Positions 1 to 10,266 of a stretch of DNA of 64,000 bases are shown here, in pieces. The position numbers and the translations under genes are program-made. How positions within the stretch are numbered: position 1 is the stretch's first letter; each line of letters starts with the position of its first letter. Source of the DNA: Alphaproteobacteria bacterium (GTDB lineage Bacteria > Pseudomonadota > Alphaproteobacteria > UBA7887); NCBI GenBank assembly GCA_965216755.1, contig CBDCGL010000011.1, positions 3,456,001 through 3,520,000 on the forward strand, in the 5' to 3' direction. The notes under the pieces were generated by a model, which saw only the letters and a program-made list of their open reading frames with translations, was not told where the DNA came from and did no database searches.

Positions 1-100
1 ACTCCCGGTAAATCTCGTCAAAATCGTCGCGGCGCTTTTCCGCGTCTCGTTTCTCGGGCATCTTCTGACCCAGATCGACGAATTTGAGCGTGTTGGGCAT
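1..100 (-). CDS. gltD: Glutamate synthase small subunit, 5' end only (runs off the window)
   Basis: Not in the ORF track. The reverse complement from ATG at 100 reads MPNTLKFVDLGQKMPEKRDAEKRRDDFDEIYRE, resembling the alphaproteobacterial GltD N-terminus (MP.KR....RR.DF.EIY). Confidence 0.75.
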   Translation of the reverse strand, partial: MPNTLKFVDLGQKMPEKRDAEKRRDDFDEIYRE

Positions 101-478
101 TGCGTGAACGATTCCTTCAATCTCGGTCCCTGAAGGCCGCAACAGACAGTGACGCGGGCGGGTCAATGCGGCTACCGGTTGAACAACCGGATCTTGTTAT
201 TGGACGGTGCGCAACATGGTCACGCGCCAAGCTGGCGGGTCATGTTGGGAAACACGTGTCGCGTGGCCAACGCGATCGGCCTGCGCGCGTCGCCCGTCGC
301 CACGGTTATTTAGGTCAATGTCTCTGACATAAGTAGTGTAGTTTACGCCCGATGAGGTGGTCAAGTTAAGTAAATAGCGCGCATGACCAAATAAAATAGT
401 ACCAAAACGAGACTAACTGCTTCGTGGGCCGGATCCGACACCCAAGTTCGAGGGCCGTGGCATGACCAAGAGCCTCCT

Positions 479-1276
479 GTGACGCTTATCCAACTTGTCA
501 TTATCGCTGTGGTGCAGGGCATCACCGAATTTCTGCCGATCAGCTCGTCGGGCCACTTGGTGCTGATTCCCTATGTCACCGGTTGGACCGACCAGGGATT
601 GCTGGTCGATGTCGCAGTGCATGTGGGCAGCTTGGGCGCCGTGATCGTCTATTTCTGGCGCGATGTTTGGGACTTGGTCGTCGGTGCCTGGCACGCCTTG
701 CTGTTTCGGCCAGATCGCGGCAGCCGTCTGTTGGGTCTGATGATCGTTGCGACCATTCCGGCGATCGTCGCCGGCTTGGCGCTCAAACTGATTGCACCAG
801 ACCTGTTTCGCAGTGTCGCGATTATCGCGTGGACGATGCTGCTGGGCGGCATCCTACTTTATGTCGCCGACCGATTTGGCCTGAGAATCAACAAAATGGA
901 CCATATTACTTTGCGCAGTGCTTGGCTTATCGGGCTTGCCCAAATGTTGGCGTTGGTACCGGGGACCAGCCGATCGGGCATCACCATGACGGCGGCGCGC
1001 GCCCTGGGTTTCGAGCGCGACGAGGCGGCGCGCTTTTCAATGTTGTTGTCGATCCCGGTGATTGTCGCGGCTGGCGCGTTGGCGGGTCTTGATCTTGTGG
1101 CGCAAGGCGACTCGCTGTTGACATCGGCCGCCGTGACCGCCGCAGCGTTGGCGTTTGTGTCGGCCTTGTTGGCGATTGCACTGCTGATGCGGTGGCTGCG
1201 CCACGCCAGTTTCACACCTTTGGTGGTTTATCGGGTGGCGCTGGGCCTGGTGCTCTTGTGGTTTGTTTATGGCTGA
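479..1276 (+). CDS. uppP: Undecaprenyl-diphosphate phosphatase (BacA)
   Basis: VQGITEFLPISSSGH and PGTSRSG motifs, EAARFS, multiple TM helices. Confidence 0.96.
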   Translation: MTLIQLVIIAVVQGITEFLPISSSGHLVLIPYVTGWTDQGLLVDVAVHVGSLGAVIVYFWRDVWDLVVGAWHALLFRPDRGSRLLGLMIVATIPAIVAGLALKLIAPDLFRSVAIIAWTMLLGGILLYVADRFGLRINKMDHITLRSAWLIGLAQMLALVPGTSRSGITMTAARALGFERDEAARFSMLLSIPVIVAAGALAGLDLVAQGDSLLTSAAVTAAALAFVSALLAIALLMRWLRHASFTPLVVYRVALGLVLLWFVYG

Positions 1277-1294
1277 GCGGGATGCCGGCGCCGC

Positions 1295-2245
1295 TTACGC
1301 TGGTTGCGGGCGCCGGCGCGGGCCGCCGGGTCGGAATCGACTCAGATAGCCGGGCACCACGGCCGCGATCGGCGTCGGCTCGATCCCCAATGTCGCCAGG
1401 CTGCGCGCCCGCTTGGCCACGACATTGTCGTTGGCCAGCAGGCGCACTTGATCACGAGTCAGCGGTGGCGTTGGCAACCATTCCAAAAAACTTGCTTGGA
1501 ACTGGGCAATGGCCGTCGGCACCGGCACCAACAAGCGTCGGCGGCCACTGTGTTCCAGCACCCGCTCCATGAGCGCCTTAAAGTCGAGCCGTTCCGGGCC
1601 GCCCAGTTCGTAGGTCTTTGAGGCCGCGTTGGGTTGCTCGAGACAGCGTGCCACCGCTTCCGCCACATCGCCAACATAAACGGGTTGAAACAGCGTGCGA
1701 CCGCCGCCGATCAGAGGCAGTGCCGGCAGCCATTGGGCCAGCGCGGCGAATCGATTGAAGAACTCGTCCTCGCGGCCGAAAATGACACTGGGCCGTATGA
1801 TGGTTGCGCCGCGAAATGCCTTTTTGACGGCCCCTTCGCCCATGCCTTTGCTGCGCGCGTAAAGGGCGTCGGCATGCGGATCGGCGCCGATCGCGGATAT
1901 ATGAATCAGGCGATCCACACCATCGGCCCGGCTCGCCGCCGCGATATGCTCGGCCGCCCGGACATGAATCGCTGGAAAGGTCTGCCGTCCCCGTTCAAAC
2001 AGGATGCCAACGGCGTTGACAACCGCCTGGGAACCGGCGACGGCGGCGGCCAGGCTATCGCGGTCGAGCATGTCTACGGCAACCAATGTGATTTGGCCAA
2101 CATCGCCCATCGGCTTTAAGAAACCGGCACGGGCTGGCGCACGGCACGCGACACGTACGCGGGCGCCACGCTTGGCCAGGGCTTGCACGATATAGCGGCC
2201 GACAAAGCCGGCCCCGCCGAAGACCGTGATGGGTGAGGGGATCAT
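1295..2245 (-). CDS. Complex I NDUFA9-family atypical SDR / NAD-dependent epimerase
   Basis: ITVFGGAGFVG Rossmann motif, LKPMGDVGQI, YARSK, RPSVIFG, FQPVYVGDVA. Start moved to ATG 2245 (ORF open to 2395). Confidence 0.9.
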   Translation of the reverse strand: MIPSPITVFGGAGFVGRYIVQALAKRGARVRVACRAPARAGFLKPMGDVGQITLVAVDMLDRDSLAAAVAGSQAVVNAVGILFERGRQTFPAIHVRAAEHIAAASRADGVDRLIHISAIGADPHADALYARSKGMGEGAVKKAFRGATIIRPSVIFGREDEFFNRFAALAQWLPALPLIGGGRTLFQPVYVGDVAEAVARCLEQPNAASKTYELGGPERLDFKALMERVLEHSGRRRLLVPVPTAIAQFQASFLEWLPTPPLTRDQVRLLANDNVVAKRARSLATLGIEPTPIAAVVPGYLSRFRPGGPRRRPQPA

Positions 2246-2440
2246 GGCAACAGGTCCGCTTGCATGATGGAAACAATCTTGTCGAACACACATTGTACGC
2301 GGTACGCATGGTACGCCGTACGCATGTTCAAACGCGCACCGAAAACCACGCTGCGCGACGCGCGATCTTGTTAGCATAGCATGCGCGCGCTTCACAGCTC
2401 AGGATCCTATTTCATGCCGTGTTGGAATGGCGAAAGTCCG

Positions 2441-2469
2441 TTGACATGACCGGGCGCTCGCGATAACCC
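2441..2469 (+). promoter_or_regulatory. Candidate sigma70 promoter for tRNA-Leu
   Basis: TTGACA, 17-nt spacer, then TAACCC (a -10 lacking -7T, common in alphaproteobacterial promoters), about 110 nt upstream of the tRNA. Confidence 0.4.
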
Positions 2470-2577
2470 GTTGGCCCTTGTCCGCGCGCGCCCGAAAAGC
2501 GGGTCGCGATGCGGCGGTGATCGGCGGTGGTGGTGCACTGCGGTCGCATGCCGTCAAGCTATGTCACGGTGGCATAT

Positions 2578-2665
<88 letters not shown>

Positions 2666-2833
2666 ATTTGCGACGGTGACAAAGGCTTCAATTGCCGGCG
2701 ATGGCAGCGGTTGCCGTCGCTGGCCAGGCCGGACGCGTTCCGGAAATGAGCTGTTGGTTTCGACCGGCGGGGTTGCTGGCGTGGCCGCGACGCCACATGT
2801 CGTAATTTGGCGAAACGATGAACGCGGTCCCCT

Positions 2834-3445
2834 ATGACCATATTCTTGCACAAAGGCGATCTTCCCGATGAATTGGTGCTCGATGGCGACATTGCCGTCG
2901 ATACCGAAACGATGGGCCTGCGCGCCGGTCGCGATCGGCTGTGTGTGGTCCAATTTTCAGTCGGCGACGGCGACGCCCATCTGGTGCATTTCCCAAGTCC
3001 GGTTTACGACGCACCGCACTTGACACAATTATTGGCGGACCCGGGCCGCACCAAGATATTTCACTACGCGCGTTTTGACGTGGCACGCTTGGCGGACGCT
3101 GTGGGTGTTTGGTGTCAGCCGGTTTATTGCACCAAAATCGCATCGCGGCTGGCGCGGACCTATACCGATCGCCATGGCCTGAAGGATCTGTGCAAGGAAC
3201 TGCTCGGCGTCGACTTGTCAAAAGAGCAGCAGAGTTCCGATTGGGGAACGGCTGAGCTGAGCCAGGCGCAACAGGCTTACGCGGCCGCCGATGTCCTCTA
3301 TTTGCACCGTTTGCGAGAGCGGCTCGATGCCATGCTGGCACGCGAGCGACGCGCCGCATTGGCTCAAGCTTGTTTCGATTTCGTACCAAAGCGTGCGGAA
3401 TTGGACTTAGCCGGCTGGGAAGACACGGATCTTTTTTCCCACTGA
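2834..3445 (+). CDS. rnd: Ribonuclease D (short alphaproteobacterial DEDDy exonuclease)
   Basis: AVDTETMGL (ExoI), KIFHYARFD, CTKIASRLARTYTDRHGLKDL, QQSSDW, YAAADV. Confidence 0.93.
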   Translation: MTIFLHKGDLPDELVLDGDIAVDTETMGLRAGRDRLCVVQFSVGDGDAHLVHFPSPVYDAPHLTQLLADPGRTKIFHYARFDVARLADAVGVWCQPVYCTKIASRLARTYTDRHGLKDLCKELLGVDLSKEQQSSDWGTAELSQAQQAYAAADVLYLHRLRERLDAMLARERRAALAQACFDFVPKRAELDLAGWEDTDLFSH

Positions 3446-3711
3446 GTGCGCGCAGCCATCGCGGCGGCAGTGGGCCGCGTCCGCACTTTATCGCGCCCCG
3501 GCCCAATGTTAGCCCTTGAATGAGCGAATGGCGCTACACATACTCCTTTGCGCAGTTTGTTTGCGCATGCAAAAACTGTGCAATTTAGGTGCGATCCACG
3601 GAACGGTGGGGCCATAGCGCCATAGCGGCGGCATCTGGCAAGACTAAGGTGTTGGATGATGGGTGCGAATCACAGGACTTGCGCGGGACTTTGCGCGGGA
3701 CGGGGCGATTC

Positions 3712-4719
3712 ATGGCGTCGGTAGCCACGAGCAGGGGCGCGCGGGTGTTGGCCAGGCGCGGCGCCGCCGGCGGAGATATTGACGAAGCCCGCCGCGTGCT
3801 GGGCATCGAAGCGCGCGCACTCGACGCACTAGCGGAAAGCCTCGACGATGATTTCGTCGCCGCGGTCGGCACACTGGCCGAAACTCGGGGCCGCGTGGTC
3901 GTGACCGGCATGGGCAAGAGCGGACATATCGGCCGAAAAATTGCTGCGACCATGGCGTCGACCGGCACGGCGGCGCTGTTTGTCCACCCGGCGGAAGCCA
4001 GTCATGGCGATCTGGGCATGATCACCGGCAACGATGTGGTGCTGGCATTGTCCAATTCCGGTGAAACCGCCGAACTCAGCGACATCATCGAATACACCCG
4101 TCGCTTTCGGATTCCCCTGGTGGCGATCATCGGCCGCGCCGTTAGTACCTTGGGCGACCGCGCCGATCATACGCTGGTCTTGCCCGACTGCGCAGAGGCG
4201 TGCCCGATCGGTATGGCGCCGACCACATCAACGACCATGACTTTGGCCCTGGGCGATGCGCTCGCCATGGCTTTGCTCTGCCGCAAGGGGTTTTCCGCGG
4301 CCGACTTCCAGGATTTACATCCGGGCGGATCGTTGGGCCGGAAGTTGGTTTTGGTCTCTGAGATCATGCACACGGCCGAGCATTTGCCGTTGATCGGCAG
4401 CCAGGCGACCATGGCCGAGGCGATCATCGAAATGACCGCCAAGACGTTCGGCTGCGTCGGTGTTGTCGATGCAGATCGGCAATTGTTGGGCATCGTTACG
4501 GATGGCGACTTGCGCCGCCACATGGATGACGATCTGCTGGTTAAGACCGTTGCCGATATCATGACGCTGTCGCCCAAGACGATTCGGCAGACCGCGCTGG
4601 CCGCGGAGGCCCTATGGGTCATGAGCACACGATCGATCACAAGCTTGTTTGTGGTTCAAGACGGCCAACCGGTGGGTATCCTGCACCTGCACGACTGTTT
4701 GCGCGCGGGGGTGGCATAG
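3712..4719 (+). CDS. kdsD: Arabinose-5-phosphate isomerase (KpsF/GutQ; SIS plus two CBS domains)
   Basis: GMGKSGHIG, HPAEASHGDLG, EACP..APTTST, HPGGSLG, TDGDLRR. Start moved to ATG 3712. Confidence 0.95.
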   Translation: MASVATSRGARVLARRGAAGGDIDEARRVLGIEARALDALAESLDDDFVAAVGTLAETRGRVVVTGMGKSGHIGRKIAATMASTGTAALFVHPAEASHGDLGMITGNDVVLALSNSGETAELSDIIEYTRRFRIPLVAIIGRAVSTLGDRADHTLVLPDCAEACPIGMAPTTSTTMTLALGDALAMALLCRKGFSAADFQDLHPGGSLGRKLVLVSEIMHTAEHLPLIGSQATMAEAIIEMTAKTFGCVGVVDADRQLLGIVTDGDLRRHMDDDLLVKTVADIMTLSPKTIRQTALAAEALWVMSTRSITSLFVVQDGQPVGILHLHDCLRAGVA

Positions 4720-4813
4720 GCCATGGCCCGCCGGTCCCGATCGTGGCGCCGAGACGGCGACTGCAGAGGCGCCGGGCGTCTTGTGGAGGCGACTTGTGGC
4801 TGACTTGCGGTGG

Positions 4814-5464
4814 ATGCATCGTTGGCGCGAACCGCGTTTGGGCGACGACGCGATTCGCAAGGCCGTCGGCCATCGCCGACGGGTGGCGTTCCTGAAAATG
4901 ATCTTGCCGGTGACGGTGATGGTGCTGGTCGCGGCGGTGTTTGCATGGCCCAGCCTGACCAAGACGACCAGCGGATTTCGCCTGGATTTTGGTTTGGACG
5001 TCGGCCAAATCGGCGGCCAGGGGGGCATGGTGAACCCGCGCTTTCTGGGTGTCGATTCGCAGGAACAGCCCTATACCATCACTGCGGCACACGCGTCGCA
5101 TCCCGAAAATGACACCAACCGGGTAAACCTGAGCGCGCCTGAAGCCGATTTGTCGCTGAAAGGCGGTGACTGGTTTTTTGTCCGCGCCGATGAAGGTGTT
5201 TACGATCGCGCCGCGGAAAGCTTGGACCTGGTTGGTGACGTGACCATGTATACCGACCAGGGCGTCGAGTTTCGCACCACCCGGGCCCATGTCGATTTAA
5301 CCAGCGGCACAGCCCGCGGCGATCAGCCGGTCCATGGCCAGGGCCCGTGGGGATTGATCGATTCGGTTGGCTTCACCTATCAGCGCGACGGCGGTCATGT
5401 TCTACGTTTCCTCGGGCGCCCAACCATGATTCTGCACGATCGGCAGCAGGACCGAGAGGGCTAG
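4814..5464 (+). CDS. lptC: LPS export periplasmic protein LptC
   Basis: Single N-terminal TM after RRRVAFLK, MVNPRF.G.D...PY.ITA beta-jellyroll pattern, position between kdsD and lptA. Start uncertain (ORF open from 4649). Confidence 0.85.
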   Translation: MHRWREPRLGDDAIRKAVGHRRRVAFLKMILPVTVMVLVAAVFAWPSLTKTTSGFRLDFGLDVGQIGGQGGMVNPRFLGVDSQEQPYTITAAHASHPENDTNRVNLSAPEADLSLKGGDWFFVRADEGVYDRAAESLDLVGDVTMYTDQGVEFRTTRAHVDLTSGTARGDQPVHGQGPWGLIDSVGFTYQRDGGHVLRFLGRPTMILHDRQQDREG

Positions 5465-5468
5465 AGCG

Positions 5469-6053
5469 ATGACACGAACGGAAATGACGTTTGCTTGTGC
5501 CACCGGTACAATCGTCGGCCTGCTGTTGATGTCGATGTTACCGGGGCTAGTCCAAGCGCAGTTGCAGCCCGATTCCGACGGGCCGATCGAGATCACCGCC
5601 GATCAAATGGAATGGCTGCATGAAAAGCAAATCGCCATCGCGCGCGGCAATGCCGACGCGATTCAGGGCACCTATCATTTGCACGCCGACGTTTTGACCG
5701 CGCACATCGACAAAGCGGCGGATCCGGGCAGCAATGAAATCGAGCGCATCGAAGCCGACGGCGGCGTGGTTTTGACCACGGTTGACAAGATGGCCAAGGG
5801 CGATACCGGTGTTTACGACGTGAAAAACGGGGTCGCGGTCCTCGAAGGGGCCGTCATTCTCACCCAAGGTGACAATGTTATGCGCGGCAACCGGCTGGTT
5901 ATGAACCTCGAAACCGGACTCAGTACACTCGACAATGGCGACGGCGCGGGGCAGGCCAGTGCCGATGGCCTGCCTGCCGGACGCGTGCGCGCCATATTTT
6001 CGCCCAGCGGTGCCGACGAGACGCCATCGCCGGCGACCGAGTCGGAACGCTAG
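5469..6053 (+). CDS. lptA: LPS transport periplasmic protein LptA
   Basis: Signal peptide, PIEITAD, OstA-like strands (A.GD.GVYD, LTQGDN..RG), GRVRAIF C-terminus. Confidence 0.9.
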   Translation: MTRTEMTFACATGTIVGLLLMSMLPGLVQAQLQPDSDGPIEITADQMEWLHEKQIAIARGNADAIQGTYHLHADVLTAHIDKAADPGSNEIERIEADGGVVLTTVDKMAKGDTGVYDVKNGVAVLEGAVILTQGDNVMRGNRLVMNLETGLSTLDNGDGAGQASADGLPAGRVRAIFSPSGADETPSPATESER

Positions 6054-6054
6054 C

Positions 6055-6912
6055 ATGGCACGCGCCCCCCAAGAGGCCAGACCTGATCGCCCACGCGCGA
6101 CGCGGACGCAACCGACAAGCAAAGCAAAAGGGGCCCCGCGCGGCGGCGCGCCAAAGCGGCCCGGCCAGGGGCCGCGATTGGTATCAAAGACAAGCGGTTT
6201 GGTCGCCCGCCGGTTGGGCAAACGGTTCAAGAAACGGCCGGTCTTGCGCGACGTCAGTCTGTCAGTGCAACGCGGCGAAGCGGTCGGGTTGCTTGGGCCG
6301 AACGGGGCCGGCAAGACCACGTGCTTTTATCTGATATCGGGGCTGGTGACACCCGACTACGGTATGATCATGCTCGACGGCCACGACATTACGGCGCTGC
6401 CCATGTATCGGCGGGCGCGGCTCGGCATCGGCTATTTGCCCCAGGAGGCGTCGATCTTCCGTGGCCTTACCGTCGAAGAAAATATCCGCGCCGTGCTTGA
6501 GGTCTCGGAGCCGATCCGCGAGCGCCGCGAGATCATGCTTGATGGGCTGTTGGCCGAATTCTCCATTACGCATCTGCGGCGCGCACCCGCCTTGGCCTTG
6601 TCAGGCGGCGAACGGCGGCGTGTCGAGATCGCCCGTGCGCTGGCCTCGCAGCCGGCCTTTATGTTGCTGGATGAGCCGCTCGCCGGCATCGACCCAATCG
6701 CGGTCGGCGAGATCCGCGAATTGGTCTCACATCTGAAGGATCGGGGAATCGGCGTGCTCATCACCGAACATAATGTGCGCGAAACGCTCGACATCGTCGA
6801 TCGCGCCTACATTCTGAACGAAGGTCGCGTGTTGATGCACGGCGCGCCTTCGGAAATCGTCGCTCACAAGGATGTTCGCCGGGTCTATTTGGGCGAACGG
6901 TTTAGCCTGTGA
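6055..6912 (+). CDS. lptB: LPS export ABC ATPase LptB
   Basis: GPNGAGKTT, YLPQEASIFR, LSGGERRRVEIARAL, LLDEP.AG.DP, YLGERFSL end. Start moved to ATG 6055. Confidence 0.96.
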   Translation: MARAPQEARPDRPRATRTQPTSKAKGAPRGGAPKRPGQGPRLVSKTSGLVARRLGKRFKKRPVLRDVSLSVQRGEAVGLLGPNGAGKTTCFYLISGLVTPDYGMIMLDGHDITALPMYRRARLGIGYLPQEASIFRGLTVEENIRAVLEVSEPIRERREIMLDGLLAEFSITHLRRAPALALSGGERRRVEIARALASQPAFMLLDEPLAGIDPIAVGEIRELVSHLKDRGIGVLITEHNVRETLDIVDRAYILNEGRVLMHGAPSEIVAHKDVRRVYLGERFSL

Positions 6913-6927
6913 CGGGTGTGCGCGTCG

Positions 6928-8481
6928 ATGGCGATTGCACCACGACTCGAGCAAAGGCTTGGCCAAGCGCTGGTCATGACGCCGCAATTGCGGCAGGCCA
7001 TCCAGTTGCTGCAATTGTCGAATCTGGAACTGGGCGCGTATGTCGAGCAGGAACTGGAAAAGAATCCGCTGCTGGAGCGCGACGATGCGACGCAATCATC
7101 CAGCGCGTCGGATGATCCCCCGGACGCTGAGCGTCCGGTCGAAAACGGTCTTGAGACGGATTTGGTCAATGGTGTCGCAGAGCCGCCGTTGACGGACACG
7201 GCGGACTTGACCGGCGCCGAGACCATGCCCAGTGCGCAAGACGCACCGCTCGACGCGGACTACGAGAATGTCTACGACGCCGATGTGAGCCAGGACGGCG
7301 GTGGTGAAGGTCTGCGGTTCGACAGCGCCCCGATTGGACGCGGCGGCCGATCGGATTTCGACGAACTGGGCGAAGTCGATCAAATAGCCGCCCATGATAA
7401 GAGCCTGCAGGACGTGTTGCGTGAGCAACTGGCCATCGAGGTCGCCGACCCCGTGGACCGGATGATTGGCCATGACCTGATTGCCCAAATTGACGAAGCC
7501 GGATACATCGATTTGGATGTCGACGCCGTGGCTTACCGGTTGGGCTGTGCGGCGCAGCAGATTGTGCGTATGGTGGAGGTCATCCAAAGCTTTGAACCGA
7601 CTGGCGTATGCGCACGCGATTTGCGCGAATGCTTAGCTTTGCAATTGCGAGATCGGAACCGATTCGATCCCGCGATGGCAGCTCTGCTTGACAATCTTGA
7701 TTTGTTGGCCGGCCACGACATGAGCGGGCTGATGGCGTGCTGCGGCGTCGACGACGAAGATATTAGGGACATGGTCGCGGAGCTGCGCGCGCTTAACCCC
7801 AAGCCAGGATTGATCTATGCGTCTGAGGCCGTGCAAACGGTCGTCCCGGACGTGTTTGTGCGCATGCGACCGGATGGCAGTTGGGCGGTCGACTTGAACA
7901 GCGAAACGCTGCCGCGGGTCTTGGTCGATCGCCGCTATCACGCCCGAATCAGCCGCAATGCGCGTTCAAAACAGGACCGCGCGTATTTGGCGGATCAACT
8001 TCAGTCGGCGAATTGGTTGGTGCGCTCGCTCGATCAACGGGCCAATACCATTCTCAAGGTCGCCACTGAAATCGTCGTGCAACAACAGGCTTTCTTGGAA
8101 CATGGGGTCCATCATTTGAAGCCCCTGACCCTGCGTGATATCGCCGACGCGATCAGCATGCACGAAAGCACGGTCAGCCGTGTGACCAGCAACAAGTTCA
8201 TGGCGACCCCGCGCGGGGTCTTTGAGCTGAAATATTTTTTCACGACGGCGATCAGCTCCAGCCGCGGTGGCGACGCCCACTCGGCCGAGGCGGTCCGCGC
8301 ACGGATCAAGGAACTGATCGACGGCGAAAAAGTCGACGCGGTGCTGTCGGACGACAAGATTGTTGAGTTGTTGCGGGTTGACGGGATTGATATCGCCCGT
8401 CGGACCGTGGCGAAATATCGCGAGGCCTTGAGCATTCCCTCGTCGGTGAAACGCAGGCGCTTGAAATCCAGCAAGTTATAG
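6928..8481 (+). CDS. rpoN: RNA polymerase sigma-54 factor
   Basis: Region I MTPQLRQAIQLLQL, HESTVSRVT HTH, RpoN box ARRTVAKYRE. Confidence 0.98.
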   Translation: MAIAPRLEQRLGQALVMTPQLRQAIQLLQLSNLELGAYVEQELEKNPLLERDDATQSSSASDDPPDAERPVENGLETDLVNGVAEPPLTDTADLTGAETMPSAQDAPLDADYENVYDADVSQDGGGEGLRFDSAPIGRGGRSDFDELGEVDQIAAHDKSLQDVLREQLAIEVADPVDRMIGHDLIAQIDEAGYIDLDVDAVAYRLGCAAQQIVRMVEVIQSFEPTGVCARDLRECLALQLRDRNRFDPAMAALLDNLDLLAGHDMSGLMACCGVDDEDIRDMVAELRALNPKPGLIYASEAVQTVVPDVFVRMRPDGSWAVDLNSETLPRVLVDRRYHARISRNARSKQDRAYLADQLQSANWLVRSLDQRANTILKVATEIVVQQQAFLEHGVHHLKPLTLRDIADAISMHESTVSRVTSNKFMATPRGVFELKYFFTTAISSSRGGDAHSAEAVRARIKELIDGEKVDAVLSDDKIVELLRVDGIDIARRTVAKYREALSIPSSVKRRRLKSSKL

Positions 8482-8516
8482 CCGTGTCGTGTGTTGTCAG
8501 CGTGGTATCGCCGATA

Positions 8517-8545
8517 TTGACAGAAAACTGTGTGTTCACTAATTT
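8517..8545 (+). promoter_or_regulatory. Candidate sigma70 promoter for hpf-ptsN
   Basis: TTGACA-N17-TAATTT in the rpoN-hpf gap. Confidence 0.55.
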
Positions 8546-8628
8546 GCCCGCCTTTCGCGCGATGGGCCTTGGGCGTTCAGACGCCATGCAAGGGCGCGCC
8601 GGTAACGCGGACGAAATGTCCACTCTTC

Positions 8629-9219
8629 ATGCACGTTTCGATTAGCGCTAAGCAAGTCAAGATCAGTGATCGTCTGCGCGACGATGTCGCGCAACGTTTG
8701 GAACTGGGGATCAATAAATATTTCGATCGCGCGATTGACGCGCAGGTCCAGTTTTCGCGCGAAGGTTCGCAAGTGCGCAGCGATATTTCCGTCCATGCCG
8801 GCAGCGGTATCCAGTTGCAAGCCCACGGCGTTTCCGAGGACTTGGCGACCGCGTTTGATATCGCCGCCGACCGGGTGGAAAAGAGACTGCGACGTTACAA
8901 GCGCCGTTTGGTTGACCAACATCACGGTCGCAAGGGCGCGCCAGACACGACCATGGCGGCTCGGCAAGTTGTATTGGCCGGTGAGGATGCCGCTGCCAGG
9001 GAAACAGAGTCCGCCGCCGATGCCCCGGTGACGATTGCGGAGACAACGACCACAATTCATACGCTGACCGTGGGCGAGGCGGTGATGCGGCTGGAGCTTG
9101 CCGATCTGCCGGTCCTGGTGTTCCGCAATGGCGGTCATGGTGGTCTGAACGTCGTGTACCGACGCGCTGACGGCAATATTGGCTGGATAGATCCAAGTGA
9201 AACCGAACGCGCTGATTGA
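8629..9219 (+). CDS. hpf: Ribosome hibernation promoting factor (long form)
   Basis: EKRLRRYKRRL and C-terminal EAVM.LEL...VFRN..NVVYRR.DGNIGWIDP domain. Start moved to ATG 8629. Confidence 0.93.
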   Translation: MHVSISAKQVKISDRLRDDVAQRLELGINKYFDRAIDAQVQFSREGSQVRSDISVHAGSGIQLQAHGVSEDLATAFDIAADRVEKRLRRYKRRLVDQHHGRKGAPDTTMAARQVVLAGEDAAARETESAADAPVTIAETTTTIHTLTVGEAVMRLELADLPVLVFRNGGHGGLNVVYRRADGNIGWIDPSETERAD

Positions 9220-9228
9220 GGCGCTGCG

Positions 9229-9696
9229 ATGGACCTGGACGAGATTCTGACCCCCGAATCGGTGGTCGCAAACCTAAAGGCAAAAAGTAAGAAGCAGGCG
9301 CTTCAAGAATTGTCGAAGCGCGCCAAGGTGATCACCGGACTTGTCGAACGAGACATATTCGACACTTTGTTGGAGCGCGAGCGCCTTGGCACGACCGGTG
9401 TTGGACAGGGAGTCGCGATCCCGCACGGTCGCATGGCAGAGCTGGATCGACTGTACGGGCTTTTCGCCCGGCTCGAGCACCCGATCGATTTTGATGCCAT
9501 CGATGATCAGCCGGTGGATCTGATTTTCGTGCTCTTGGCGCCGGTTTCGGCGGGTGCCGATCATCTCAAGGCGTTGGCGCGCGTTTCGCGACTGTTACGC
9601 GACAAGTCGATGTGCGCCAAATTGCGCGGCACGGCCAACCCCGAAGCCTTGTATGCCGCATTGATCGAACCTGCCGCGGCGACCGACGCGGCCTGA
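9229..9696 (+). CDS. ptsN: PTS IIA-Ntr nitrogen regulatory protein
   Basis: RERLGTTGVG.GVAIPH, DAIDDQPVDL, GADHLKALARVSR. Confidence 0.96.
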   Translation: MDLDEILTPESVVANLKAKSKKQALQELSKRAKVITGLVERDIFDTLLERERLGTTGVGQGVAIPHGRMAELDRLYGLFARLEHPIDFDAIDDQPVDLIFVLLAPVSAGADHLKALARVSRLLRDKSMCAKLRGTANPEALYAALIEPAAATDAA

Positions 9697-9747
9697 AAAC
9701 ACCCGGTACGGACCCATGGCCGGCTCTCACTGTGTGCGCGCCGATGA

Positions 9748-10266
9748 TTGACAATCCAAACCGGCACCAGCACCTTGGCGGGCATGCACTTATTCCACGC
9801 CAGCTGTGTTGCTTTGTCGGATGTGGCGGTGATGTTGTTCGGCCCACCAGGCAGCGGCAAATCCGACTTGGCCCTGCGCCTCATCGATAGCGGGGCACAT
9901 TTGGTTGCTGACGATCAAGTGATTGTCGGCGGGGCGCACGGTGTTTTGCGGGCGACGGCGCCGCCACCATTGCGGGGGCTGATCGAGGTGCGCGGCATCG
10001 GCATTCTAGCGTTGCCCGCGGTATCCGACGTGGTCGTTGGCTTGGCGGTAGATCTGTCACCCGATACGGCCAACGCGCGTCTGCCGTCGCCGGCGCCCTG
10101 GATCGTGGGCGAGATGTCTGTGGCGCGCATTCGGGTCGACCCGTTTTCCCTCTCGGCGACGGCAAAAGTGAGGGTGGCGCTGGCGGCACTGCGCCATGGG
10201 GGCATTCAAGCCGGCGCGCTTGAGGGTGTTTCACAGGCGTCCCGGCAATCCAGGCCCGCCGCGTGA
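9748..10266 (+). CDS. hprK: HPr kinase/phosphorylase (short alphaproteobacterial type)
   Basis: HASCV, GPPGSGKSDLALRLI, LVADD, GLIEVRGIGI. Confidence 0.9.
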   Translation: MTIQTGTSTLAGMHLFHASCVALSDVAVMLFGPPGSGKSDLALRLIDSGAHLVADDQVIVGGAHGVLRATAPPPLRGLIEVRGIGILALPAVSDVVVGLAVDLSPDTANARLPSPAPWIVGEMSVARIRVDPFSLSATAKVRVALAALRHGGIQAGALEGVSQASRQSRPAA

